NCBI GenBank assembly: GCA_036489235.1
Contig: DASXGC010000073.1
Coordinates: forward strand, 1,095 to 65,094
Direction: 5' to 3'
DNA length: 64,000 bases
DNA from: Vicinamibacterales bacterium
Lineage (GTDB): Bacteria; Acidobacteriota; Vicinamibacteria; Vicinamibacterales; CAVVIG01
Part shown: positions 1 to 8,860 of the stretch, one piece after another
Position numbering within the stretch: the first letter of the stretch is position 1
Layout of the letters: each line of letters opens with the position of its first letter
Notes under the pieces: generated by a model
The model's database searches: none
What the model saw: the letters and a program-made list of their open reading frames with translations, nothing else
Told to the model about the DNA's origin: nothing
Program-made: the position numbers and the translations under genes

Positions 1-993
1 GTCAAGTACTTCCTGCTTGGCGCCTTCTCGCTCGGCATTCTGCTTTACGGGATGTCGCTGATGTACGGCCTGTCAGGGACGACCAACCTGCGGGTCATGG
101 CCGCTTCGTTTGCCGGGCAGGAGCACGATCCGCGGCTGGTGCTGGCGGTCATTCTGGTCGTCGCCGGCGTCGGGTTCAAAATCGCCGCGGTGCCGTTCCA
201 CATGTGGGCGCCGGACGTTTACGAAGGCGCGCCGACTCCGGTCACCGCCTTCCTGTCGGTCGGATCGAAAGCCGCATCGTTCGCCATGTTGATCCGCATC
301 TTCGTCGAAGGGCTGCCGACGATGGGCGAGGACTGGCGGCTGCTGTTCTGGGTGCTGTCGGTCGCGACGATGACCGCGGGAAACATCGCCGCCGTCACGC
401 AGTCGAATATCAAACGGATGCTGGCGTATTCGTCGATCGCACACGCCGGCTACCTGTTGATGGGCGTCGTTGCCGGAACGTCACGCGGCATCACCGCGAT
501 GCTGGTTTACCTGTTCATCTACTCGTTCATGCAGCTCGGGGCGTTCGGCGTCGTGGTGCTGCTGCGGCGCGCCGATGTGGTCGGAGACGAGTTGAAGGAC
601 TTCAGCGGTCTGAGCTTCCGCAATCCGTTCGCGGCGTTTGCGATGCTGGTGTTCATGCTGTCGCTCGGCGGCATTCCGCCGACTGCCGGATTCATGGGCA
701 AGCTGTGGCTGTTCGGCGCTGCGATCGACTCGCACTGCTACTGGCTGGCCGTCATCGGCGTGCTGAACAGCGTCGTCTCGCTCTACTACTACGTCCGCAT
801 CGTCGTCTTCATGTACCTGAAGAAGGAAACCGTCGGCTCGACGCCGCGCCTCAGTCCGGCGCTGGGGCTCGTGCTCGGCGTGGCCGTCCTCGGCACCATC
901 TTCCTTGGCGTCTACCCGCGGTTGCTTTTCGAGCTGGCCGACGCGTCCGCGAAAACCCTTGGGGTAGCTGGAGTTACAGCCGCACTCCGCTAG
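1..993 (+). CDS. nuoN: NADH-quinone oxidoreductase subunit N, C-terminal ~330 aa (5' end outside window)
   Basis: Frame 1 is open from base 1 (VKYFLLGAFSLGILLYGMSLMYG...) to TAG 991-993. Polytopic membrane protein with ND2/NuoN-type motifs KIAAVPFHMWAPDVYEGAPTPVTAF and KRMLAYSSIAHAGY. Confidence 0.9.
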   Translation, partial: VKYFLLGAFSLGILLYGMSLMYGLSGTTNLRVMAASFAGQEHDPRLVLAVILVVAGVGFKIAAVPFHMWAPDVYEGAPTPVTAFLSVGSKAASFAMLIRIFVEGLPTMGEDWRLLFWVLSVATMTAGNIAAVTQSNIKRMLAYSSIAHAGYLLMGVVAGTSRGITAMLVYLFIYSFMQLGAFGVVVLLRRADVVGDELKDFSGLSFRNPFAAFAMLVFMLSLGGIPPTAGFMGKLWLFGAAIDSHCYWLAVIGVLNSVVSLYYYVRIVVFMYLKKETVGSTPRLSPALGLVLGVAVLGTIFLGVYPRLLFELADASAKTLGVAGVTAALR

Positions 994-1111
994 TGGGACC
1001 GGCCGGCGGTCGGTCCATGGGTCAGTCGCGTCCAGTTAAGTGAAGTTTTTCACAAGGTACGATATACTGCCCAGTCGGCGTCGGAGATAAGTCAGAGATA
1101 ATGGTCTGCCC

Positions 1112-1360
1112 ATGACGCCTGAAGACTCCGATTCAGATCTCGCCCGAAGCACCCGCGCGATGCAGAAAAGCGCGGAGCAGGCGGGTTCCGCATTGGGTGC
1201 TGGATACACGCTCATCGGTGCGATTCTGGTGCTGGGCGGTCTCGGCTACGGTGTTGACGCGTGGCGGGGCAGCTCGCACTGGGGAGTGGTCACTGGCCTG
1301 ATCCTGGGCGTCGTGGTCGGGATGTACGAGCTTGCGAAGACGGTGTTCCTGAAGAAATGA
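1112..1360 (+). CDS. AtpZ/AtpI-family small membrane protein preceding F0 genes
   Basis: 82 aa with two TM helices. The GGLGYGVDAW...GLILGVVVGMYEL pattern is typical of AtpZ-type proteins found upstream of atpB. Its stop overlaps the next start (ATGA at 1357-1360). Confidence 0.6.
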   Translation: MTPEDSDSDLARSTRAMQKSAEQAGSALGAGYTLIGAILVLGGLGYGVDAWRGSSHWGVVTGLILGVVVGMYELAKTVFLKK

Positions 1361-1710
1361 AGCCGGTGGCGTGGATGATCGGTGCGGGCCTGCTTTCGTG
1401 GTCGGCAGCGACGCTCGGTTTTGGCGCACAGAATGCGACGGCGACGCTTCTGGGAATGCTCGGCCCTCTCGGCGTGGCAGTAGTGACGTGGCTGCTGGCG
1501 GAGCGGGCCTACCGCCGCAATCCCGAAGGACTGACCGGGCTGATGGCCGCCGGGTTCTTTGGCAAGATGGTGTTTTTCGGCGCGTACGTCGCGATCGTGC
1601 TCAAGGGCCTGTCGCAGCCGGCCGTACCGTTCATCGCAAGCTTTACGGGTTCGTTCATCGCACTGCATTTGACTGAGGCGATCGCACTGCGGCGCCTGTT
1701 CGCTTCCTAA
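1357..1710 (+). CDS. ATP synthase protein I-like membrane protein
   Basis: 117 aa, about 4 TM helices, located between the atpZ-like gene and atpB. ATG 1357 is chosen because the ORF-track start 1261 lies inside the previous gene. The call rests on position and hydrophobicity only. Confidence 0.5.
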   Translation: MKPVAWMIGAGLLSWSAATLGFGAQNATATLLGMLGPLGVAVVTWLLAERAYRRNPEGLTGLMAAGFFGKMVFFGAYVAIVLKGLSQPAVPFIASFTGSFIALHLTEAIALRRLFAS

Positions 1711-1718
1711 CAACAACG

Positions 1719-2660
1719 ATGTTCGTCCAGGAAATTGCACAAGAACACGCCGCCGCCGCGGTGGAGGGACACGCCGGCAAGTTCGACGCCGGCGAGACCA
1801 TCATCCATCACGTCGCCAACAGCAGCATCAGCGAGCCGCTGATCAAGCTGCCGACGATCATGGGCATCGACTTTTCGGTGACCAAGCATGTCTTCATGCT
1901 ATGGCTGGTCGCGGCCACGTTGTTCGTCGTGATTACCTGGCTGGTGCGACGCTACCTGAAGCAGGATCGGCTGATTCCCTCCGGCGCCATGAACGGGCTC
2001 GAAGCGGTGGTCGAGTTCGTGCGGGACGAGATGGTGCGGCCCAACGTCGGTAACAAATGGGTCACGACATGGGCGCCGCTGATGCTCACGTTTTTCTTTT
2101 TCATCCTTGGCGCGAACCTGATCGGCCTGATTCCGATCTTCGACGTCCTCGGGCTGCTCGATCACTACGTCCTGCACACCGCGGAAGGCTCCTTCATCAA
2201 GGAAGTGATGCACGGTGGCACCACGGCGACGGCCAACTACAACGTGACCGCGGCGCTGGCGACCATCACCTTCGGCGCGATCATCGTCGCCGGTTCGAAA
2301 GCGCACGGGGTCGTGAAGCACTGGATGAACCTGGTCCCGCACGGGTTGGCGTGGCCGATCTACATCCTGCTGATTCCGATCGAAATCATGGGAATGTTCG
2401 TCCGGCCGTTCGCGCTGACGATGCGACTTGCCGCGAACATGACCGGCGGTCACATCGCCATTCTGGCGATTCTGTCCTTTGTATTCCTGTTCGCGGAGAT
2501 GGGTGGCGCCCTGACCGGCATCGGTGCCGGCGTGATCGCGTCGGTGCCGCTCGCGGTCGGGATCTCGGGCCTCGAAATCATCGTGGTCCTGGTGCAGGCG
2601 TACGTATTCACACTCTTGACCGCCGTATTCATCGGCATGGCCATTCACGTTCATCACTGA
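1719..2660 (+). CDS. atpB: F0F1 ATP synthase subunit a
   Basis: 313 aa polytopic protein with the subunit-a signature RPFALTMRLAANMTGGH (essential Arg). It sits in atpB-atpE-atpF order. Confidence 0.92.
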   Translation: MFVQEIAQEHAAAAVEGHAGKFDAGETIIHHVANSSISEPLIKLPTIMGIDFSVTKHVFMLWLVAATLFVVITWLVRRYLKQDRLIPSGAMNGLEAVVEFVRDEMVRPNVGNKWVTTWAPLMLTFFFFILGANLIGLIPIFDVLGLLDHYVLHTAEGSFIKEVMHGGTTATANYNVTAALATITFGAIIVAGSKAHGVVKHWMNLVPHGLAWPIYILLIPIEIMGMFVRPFALTMRLAANMTGGHIAILAILSFVFLFAEMGGALTGIGAGVIASVPLAVGISGLEIIVVLVQAYVFTLLTAVFIGMAIHVHH

Positions 2661-2686
2661 GCGACAACAAGGGAGAAGAAGAGGCA

Positions 2687-2911
2687 ATGGATAAGATTCA
2701 TTATTTCGGTGCCGCCATCGGGCTCGGCATGATTGTCATCGGCGCCGCCCTCGGCATCGGCAAGTTCGCTGCGGCAGCTGCCGAGAGCATCGCGCGGCAG
2801 CCCAGTGCCGCCGACAAGATCACCGGCGCGGTGAACCTGCCGCTGTTCCTGCTCGAAGGCGTGGCGATTCTGGCCGAAGTGTTCGTCCTGCTGATCGTGT
2901 TGATGAAGTAG
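2687..2911 (+). CDS. atpE: F0F1 ATP synthase subunit c
   Basis: 74 aa helical hairpin hidden in the tail of ORF 2057..2911. It has the Gly-rich helix 1 (GLGMIVIGAALGIG), the RQP loop (ARQPSA) and the ion-binding Glu in LFLLEGVAI. A purine-rich RBS (GGGAGAAGAAGAGG) lies upstream of ATG 2687. Confidence 0.9.
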   Translation: MDKIHYFGAAIGLGMIVIGAALGIGKFAAAAAESIARQPSAADKITGAVNLPLFLLEGVAILAEVFVLLIVLMK

Positions 2912-2945
2912 CGCTCGGCGCAGGCCGGACGCCAGCGAGATTGCC

Positions 2946-3449
2946 ATGAATAATCCGTTAGTTCAGCCGGATCCAGGGCTGTTCATCTGGACGATCGTCA
3001 CCTTCCTCGTCCTGTTGACGCTGCTGGCGAAGTTCGCCTGGGGGCCGCTGCTGGCGGCGCTCGAAAGCCGGCAGGCGCTGATTCGCAAGTCGTTGGACGA
3101 TGCGGCGCAGGCCAAGAGCGAACTGGAGCGGCTGAACGTCGAAGCTGCTCAGATCATCCAGCAGGCGCGCGTGGACGCGGATGGCATCATCGTCCAGAGC
3201 CGAGTCGACGGCGACCGGCTTCGCGAGGAACTCCGGACGAAGGCGCGCGCCGAAGCCGACCACATCGTGAAAAATGCTGAGCGGCAGATTCAATTGGAGA
3301 CAAGTCGCGCTCTCGAGCAGCTGCGACACGAAGCCGTTGATCTGTCGGTGATGATCGCCTCGAAAATACTGCAACGAGATGTCTCCAAGGCCGACAACGA
3401 GCGCCTCATAGACGAGGCGATCAAGCAGGTCGAGTCCCGCCGCAACTGA
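2946..3449 (+). CDS. atpF: F0F1 ATP synthase subunit b
   Basis: 167 aa with a single N-terminal TM helix (FIWTIVTFLVLLTLLAKF) followed by a long charged Ala/Glu/Arg-rich helix. It follows atpE. Confidence 0.85.
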   Translation: MNNPLVQPDPGLFIWTIVTFLVLLTLLAKFAWGPLLAALESRQALIRKSLDDAAQAKSELERLNVEAAQIIQQARVDADGIIVQSRVDGDRLREELRTKARAEADHIVKNAERQIQLETSRALEQLRHEAVDLSVMIASKILQRDVSKADNERLIDEAIKQVESRRN

Positions 3450-3458
3450 TCACCTCTG

Positions 3459-3491
3459 AGTCCCGGTTCCGCCCATGGCGGATTCGGGACT
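3459..3491 (+). terminator. Hairpin downstream of atpF (possible terminator or processing site)
   Basis: AGTCCCG-GTT-CCGCC-CAT-GGCGG-AT-TCGGGACT is a bipartite stem, followed by TCGGATTTCC (only weakly T-rich). Confidence 0.35.
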
Positions 3492-3640
3492 TCGGATTTC
3501 CGGATCCGTCATCGTTCTCCTCTCCCTACCGGTCAAAATTGACGCCGAAATTATTGCGTGCGTACACCTATGGGTGTTACGCTCGCCGCCCGGTGCTGAA
3601 AAGCGCATCGATCCCATCATCGAACCGAGGAGGGTTTTAG

Positions 3641-6580
3641 ATGAGACCTCGAGGGCTTCACCTGTTTGTGGCCGCGTTAGCGGTCCTAGTATTTACATCG
3701 ACCGGTTTCGCACAGGGCGGCGGCGCGAGTACGACCGGTTCAATCAACGGCAAGGTAAGCGACACCAGCGGCGGTGTGCTGCCTGGCGTCACCGTGACCG
3801 CGACGAGCCCGTCGATGCTCGGTGCGCAGACGACGGTCACCGAAGCCGGCGGCGGATATCGATTCCCCGCGGTGCCTCCCGGCACCTACACCGTCACGTT
3901 CGAACTCCCCGGCTTCAACACGCTGAAGCGCGAGAACATCCAGATCGCGCTCGGTTTCGCCGCGACCATCAACATTGAGCTCGCGGTCGCCTCGCTGCAG
4001 GAAACGGTGACGGTCACCGGCGACTCGCCGGTCATTGACACGACCAACACGCAGGTCCAGCAGAACTTCAAGCTCGCCGCGCTGGAGGAGATTCCAAACT
4101 CGCGCGACATGTGGTCCCTCCTCGCCGTGACGCCGTCGGTCTCGATGGCGCGCATCGACGTCGGCGGCAACCGCGCTGGCACGCAGACGACCTACTCGGC
4201 CTACGGCTACAGCGGCCAGAACCGCGTGCTCGTCGAGAGCATCAACACGACGGAAGGCACGAGCGGCGCAGGCTTCTACACCGACTACGGCTCATTCGAA
4301 GAAGTGTATTTCGGCACGATCGGCCAGGGCGCGGAAATGCCCACGCCGGGTGTGCAGAGCAATTTCCTCGGCAAGTCGGGCGGCAACAAGTTCCAGGGCG
4401 AGGTCTACAAGGACTTCGAGACCAACGGTTTCCAGTCCGACAACATCGCCGGCAACCTGCCGGCGCAGTTTGCGTACAACCCGACAACGCTGCCGAACGG
4501 CATCCGCGATCACAGCAACGAGCTGCAGAAGTACAACGACTTCAACCTGAACGTCGGCGGCCCGATCGCGAAGGACAAGATCTGGTGGTTCTTCTCGTAT
4601 CGGTATCAGACCACCGCTGTCGGCCAGCCGAACTTCGTCGGCCCGATTGCCGGCCAGGCGTTCAACACCAAGCTGTGGAATCCGTCCGGCAAGGTCACCT
4701 GGCAGCTCAACAAGAACAACAAGTTGATCGGCTACTACCAATGGGGCCAGAAGGTTCAGCCGAACCGCCTGCCCAGCAGCACGCTCAACTACACCGACCT
4801 GTCGCAGACGCTCGCGCAGACTTCGGCGAGCTGGGTGTACAAGGGCGAGTGGAACGGCACGCTGACGAACAACCTCTACGCGGAAGCGCGCTATGGCGTG
4901 TTCGGCTACTACTTCCCGCTCGTGTCGAACCTCGGTCCCACCGCGACCGGCACGAACCCGGAAATCTGGGACACCGGCACGTCGAACTTCGTCTCCGGCG
5001 GTGACCAGCTGGAGCAGACCAACCGTCGCCGGCGTCAGTACACCGGTTCGATGACCTACTTCAAGAACGGCACGGGCGGCACGCACAACCTGAAGTTCGG
5101 CGCGGAGTACCTTGTCGAAACGGGCTGGTACGGCTCGACGCAGCTGTACTCGGGCGACGTCCGCGAGACCTTCGTCAACGGTGTGCCGTCGAACATCCGC
5201 ATCGGCGTCCCGACGGCGACGGCGGTCAACTCGATCTCCCCGTCATCGATTCCGGGGCTGACGAGCATCGACGCGCTGTCGACGTTTGATTTCTTCCTCA
5301 CCGACCAGTACACGATCGGCCGCGCCACGATCAACGGCGGCATCCGGTTCGACCACTACAACTCGTACTCGCCGGCCCAGACGACGCTCGCGTATAACTA
5401 TGGTCCTGTGAACGTGGCGTCGGTGTCGTATCCGGACACGAGCTACGCCAAGTTCAACAACTTCGCGCCACGCATCGGCGCGACGTATGACCTGACTGGC
5501 GACGGCAAGACCATCCTGAAGGCCAACTACGGTCTCTACTGGTTCAATCCGGGTCCGACGCTCGCGTCGCTCGCGAATCCGAACGCAGCGGCCAAGTTCG
5601 TCCAGTATCAGTGGAAGCCGACAGCCGCCCAATGCCCGCCGGGCACGTACTGCGTGTATCAGCCGGGACAGGAAGGCACCGTGCAGTCCACCGTGCTCGC
5701 GGGCACGACCACAGTGAGTTCGAACCTCGTCGACCCGCACTCGAATCAGGCGACGGCCTACGTCGAGCGGCAGTTGACGGAAGGCGTTGGCCTCCGCACC
5801 GGGTTCGTATACCTCGGCGTGTCGAACCAGTACGGCACGTTCCAGCCGCTGCGGCCGTCGTCGCTCTACACCGTGCCGTTCAACGTCACCGATCCGAACG
5901 GCAACGTGGACACGTTCCTCGGCATCCCAAACGCGCAGGCGACGGCCGCGTCAGCCGCCAACGTGATCGCGAACTCGCCGGACAACGGCGTCTACAAGAC
6001 CTACGAGCTGTCGGTCAACAAGCGCATGAGCCACCACTACTCGGTGGGCGGCGGCTTCAACTACACCTGGATCAACGACTATCCGGTCGGCTATCCGAAC
6101 TCGCCGAACTCGCCGGGTCAGTCCCAGTATTCGAACTACGGCGCGAAGTTCAACGCGCAGGTCGAGCTGCCGTGGGGCATTCTCGGGAGCGTCGTCTACC
6201 GCTTCCAGGCGGGCCAGAACTACGCGCAGCAGTACACCGTTACCGCTCCGGCATCCTGCGCGTGCACGTTCAGCGCGGGCGGCGGCGGCCAGACGGGTGG
6301 CCAGACCCTGGCGGCGGCGCCCAGCATCTCGTCGACGGTGGTCTTCCTCACGCCGTACAACCAGTACCGGATGGACAACATCTCGGTGCTCGACCTGCGC
6401 GGCGAGAAGACGTTGAACCTGCCAGCCAACCTGAAGCTGCGCCTGTTCATCGACGGCTACAACCTGACGAACGCCTACGCCGGTGAGACGATCAGCTTCA
6501 CGGCTGGAACGTCCTTCCAGCAGCCGACCGCGATCCTCGGACCGCGCACCGGCCGCATTGGCTTCCGCTTCATCTGGTAG
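3641..6580 (+). CDS. CarboxypepD_reg domain / TonB-dependent-receptor-like outer-membrane beta-barrel (paralog 1)
   Basis: 979 aa with AGGAGG 7 nt upstream of the ATG and a signal peptide (...FTSTGFAQG). N-terminal signature GSINGKVSDTSGGVLPGVTVTATSP...GGYRFPAVPPGTYTVTFELPGF. A plug-like segment (IPNSRDMWSLLAVTPSV) is followed by a long Gly/Tyr/Asn-rich beta region. The terminal ...GFRFIW aromatic end is typical of BAM substrates. Confidence 0.8.
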   Translation: MRPRGLHLFVAALAVLVFTSTGFAQGGGASTTGSINGKVSDTSGGVLPGVTVTATSPSMLGAQTTVTEAGGGYRFPAVPPGTYTVTFELPGFNTLKRENIQIALGFAATINIELAVASLQETVTVTGDSPVIDTTNTQVQQNFKLAALEEIPNSRDMWSLLAVTPSVSMARIDVGGNRAGTQTTYSAYGYSGQNRVLVESINTTEGTSGAGFYTDYGSFEEVYFGTIGQGAEMPTPGVQSNFLGKSGGNKFQGEVYKDFETNGFQSDNIAGNLPAQFAYNPTTLPNGIRDHSNELQKYNDFNLNVGGPIAKDKIWWFFSYRYQTTAVGQPNFVGPIAGQAFNTKLWNPSGKVTWQLNKNNKLIGYYQWGQKVQPNRLPSSTLNYTDLSQTLAQTSASWVYKGEWNGTLTNNLYAEARYGVFGYYFPLVSNLGPTATGTNPEIWDTGTSNFVSGGDQLEQTNRRRRQYTGSMTYFKNGTGGTHNLKFGAEYLVETGWYGSTQLYSGDVRETFVNGVPSNIRIGVPTATAVNSISPSSIPGLTSIDALSTFDFFLTDQYTIGRATINGGIRFDHYNSYSPAQTTLAYNYGPVNVASVSYPDTSYAKFNNFAPRIGATYDLTGDGKTILKANYGLYWFNPGPTLASLANPNAAAKFVQYQWKPTAAQCPPGTYCVYQPGQEGTVQSTVLAGTTTVSSNLVDPHSNQATAYVERQLTEGVGLRTGFVYLGVSNQYGTFQPLRPSSLYTVPFNVTDPNGNVDTFLGIPNAQATAASAANVIANSPDNGVYKTYELSVNKRMSHHYSVGGGFNYTWINDYPVGYPNSPNSPGQSQYSNYGAKFNAQVELPWGILGSVVYRFQAGQNYAQQYTVTAPASCACTFSAGGGGQTGGQTLAAAPSISSTVVFLTPYNQYRMDNISVLDLRGEKTLNLPANLKLRLFIDGYNLTNAYAGETISFTAGTSFQQPTAILGPRTGRIGFRFIW

Positions 6581-6624
6581 TCGTTCAAGCCAGCTAAGAC
6601 GGTAGGGCACGCGGGTCATTCACA

Positions 6625-6662
6625 AAGCCGGGTGGGTTCGTCCCACCCGGCTTATTTTTTTT
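6625..6662. terminator. Rho-independent terminator shared by convergent genes
   Basis: Perfect 12-bp stem AAGCCGGGTGGG / CCCACCCGGCTT with loop TTCGT, followed by TATTTTTTTT on the + strand. TTTGTG follows it on the - strand. It overlaps the stop codon (6652-6654) of the minus-strand gene. Confidence 0.8.
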
Positions 6663-8856
6663 GCCGCTCGAGTATCTCGCGCAGCTGCGCGATGTCGCGC
6701 GCGTATCGCGCGAGCGGCGCGGTCTCGACGAATCGCTGGAGGTACGGCCGCGCCTCATCGTGCAAGCCGGCGTCGTCCAGCGTCACGGCCAGGTTGTAGA
6801 GGGCGTCGTAGAGGCGCGGGTTCAGCTGCACCGCCGTTTTCCAGTGGGCGATCGCCTGGTCGGGACGTCCCTCGCCGGCCAGCAGCGCCGCCAGCGCGTT
6901 ATGAGCCGCCGCAAGACGCGGATCGAGTTCGAGCGCGCGCGAGAGATCCGCGGACGCCAGGTCGCGCTCACCGGCTCGTAGCTCGTCGACGCCGAGGTTC
7001 TCGTACGCGGTCGCCGACGTTGGATCCAGTTCCAGCACTTTCCGGTACGCCGCGCGAGCCGCGTCGTGCTGTCCGAGCTTCGAATACACGCTGCCGAGCG
7101 AGTTGTACGCCTCGACCTCGTCCGGATGCGCCGCGATGACCGTCTGCAGCACGTCGATCGCCTTCCGGTCCGCGCCGGACTCCTCGAAGTAACCCGCCAG
7201 GACCACGAGCACGCGTTGATCGGCGATGCCGCCCTTGACGATGCCCTCGAGCGTGGCGATGGCGCCGGGCAGATCGCCGGTCTCGCGCTGCATCGACGCG
7301 TACATGCCGTAGGCCGTTGTGAAGCCCGGATGCTGCGCGATGATCGTCCGAACGGCCGCCATGGCCGGCTGACGCGAGCCGGCGTTGAAGGCGCTCGTCG
7401 CCTGGTTCAAATCGTTCGAGACCGAAATCAGCGTCTTTGGATCGTCCGCGTCCGTGTAGACGCGCCGTCCTGGATCGGCGCTCATCGCGACGTAGCCGAG
7501 CGCCTGCAGCCGCTGTCGCGCATCGGCGTTGAGCGTCGTCTTTTCGGCGGCGCTGCCGCGCGACTGGAACCCGGCCGTCACGTCGCGCAGGCGCGCGTCG
7601 AGCGTGCGTGCGCGCGCCGGGTCGCGCATGAAGAGATTCGTCGTCTCGTGCGGATCCGCGGCGAGGTCGTAGAGCTCGGGGATCGGCAGATCGATCAGCT
7701 TGAACTCGGGCGTGACGAGGCCGGTCAGCGGCGCCCAGTTGCGCGTGAGATTCGCGTCCATCGCTTCGACGTACGCGGCGGAAGTCTCGTCCGCGCCAGA
7801 CGCGATCGCCGGAAGAATCGAGCGGCCTTCGAAACCCGCAGGCGCCGTGACGCCGACCAGATCGAGCACCGAGGGCGCGAGATCGATCAGGCGCACAAGC
7901 GCGTCGGACGACTGACCCTGACCAGGGACTGCCGGACCTGGCACCGACGACCTGGGACCTGGCACTGCGATGATCCAGGGCACCCGCATCGTCACGTCAT
8001 AGGTGAACACCCCATGCGTCCGCTCGCCGTGCTCGCCGAGACTCTCACCGTGATCGGCCGCGATCATCACGACCGTGCGATCGAGCTGTCCCGCCGTCCG
8101 TAGCTCAGTGAGCAGCTTGCCGACCATCGCGTCGGTGTAGGCCACCTCGGCGTCGTAGGGCTCGTGCTGCGAGGCGTACGGCTCCGGCGCGCGATATGGT
8201 TCGTGCGGATCGTAGAGATGGACCCACGCGAAGAAGGGCCCTGAGCCCTGAACAATCCACGCAGCGGCGGGCCGCACGACATCTTCTGCGCGTCGTTCCG
8301 CGCCCTCTGCCGCGTCGCCGGCTCGCTTCTCGCCGTATTTGTCGTCGTATTCGTTGAAGCCTCGATTGAGGCCGAAGCGCGAGTCGAGCACGAACGATCC
8401 GACGAACGCGCCGGTGCGGTAGCCCGCGGACTTCAGCACCGTCGCGAGCGTCGGGATGTTCGGGCCGAGGCGGAACAGGCCGTTGGCGCGCAGGCCGTGG
8501 ACCGGCGGCGAGACGGCGGTGAGGATCGACGCGTGCGACGGCAGCGTCAGCGGCGCGGAGCTGTAGGCGCGCGTCAGCCGCACGCCTTCCGCCGCCAGTC
8601 GATCGAGATTCGGCGTGAGACCGCCGCGGCCGCCGAACGCGCCGACGCGATCGAGCCGAAGCGTGTCGATCGTGATGAGCAGGACGTTGCAGCCGTGACA
8701 GGCATTGGACCGCAGCGGCATCGTCCGCCCGCGCCACAGCCACCAGCCGGCGAGCACGACGATCAACGCAAAGCCCGCGAAGACCGCAAAGAAAGAGAAT
8801 CCGTGGCTGTCCTTGCGTTCTCTGCGGTCTCTGCGTTGACCGTTGCGGTCGCCCAT
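6652..8856 (-). CDS. Membrane-anchored sulfatase-like (alkaline phosphatase superfamily) hydrolase/transferase fused to C-terminal TPR repeats (paralog 1)
   Basis: 734 aa with an N-terminal TM helix (FFAVFAGFALIVVLAGWWLW). PF00884-like blocks are present: LLITIDTLRLDRVG, APLTLPSHASILTA, WVHLYDPHEPY, MIAADHGESLGEHG. The C-terminal ~250 aa have TPR periodicity (AEAYNSLGSVYSKLGQHDAARAAYRKVLELDP...). Confidence 0.85.
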   Translation of the reverse strand: MGDRNGQRRDRRERKDSHGFSFFAVFAGFALIVVLAGWWLWRGRTMPLRSNACHGCNVLLITIDTLRLDRVGAFGGRGGLTPNLDRLAAEGVRLTRAYSSAPLTLPSHASILTAVSPPVHGLRANGLFRLGPNIPTLATVLKSAGYRTGAFVGSFVLDSRFGLNRGFNEYDDKYGEKRAGDAAEGAERRAEDVVRPAAAWIVQGSGPFFAWVHLYDPHEPYRAPEPYASQHEPYDAEVAYTDAMVGKLLTELRTAGQLDRTVVMIAADHGESLGEHGERTHGVFTYDVTMRVPWIIAVPGPRSSVPGPAVPGQGQSSDALVRLIDLAPSVLDLVGVTAPAGFEGRSILPAIASGADETSAAYVEAMDANLTRNWAPLTGLVTPEFKLIDLPIPELYDLAADPHETTNLFMRDPARARTLDARLRDVTAGFQSRGSAAEKTTLNADARQRLQALGYVAMSADPGRRVYTDADDPKTLISVSNDLNQATSAFNAGSRQPAMAAVRTIIAQHPGFTTAYGMYASMQRETGDLPGAIATLEGIVKGGIADQRVLVVLAGYFEESGADRKAIDVLQTVIAAHPDEVEAYNSLGSVYSKLGQHDAARAAYRKVLELDPTSATAYENLGVDELRAGERDLASADLSRALELDPRLAAAHNALAALLAGEGRPDQAIAHWKTAVQLNPRLYDALYNLAVTLDDAGLHDEARPYLQRFVETAPLARYARDIAQLREILERQKK

Positions 8857-8860
8857 GCCG

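Noticed and set aside
1021-1111. Sigma70 promoter for the atp cluster around TATACT (1063-1068)
   Set aside because: No acceptable -35 hexamer lies at 16-19 nt spacing, and the cluster may be co-transcribed with nuoN. It is not reported as a feature.
3475-3978. 167-aa plus-strand ORF upstream of and overlapping the first barrel gene
   Set aside because: It overlaps the signal peptide and N-terminal domain of the 3641..6580 gene in another frame. It has no RBS and no recognisable motif.
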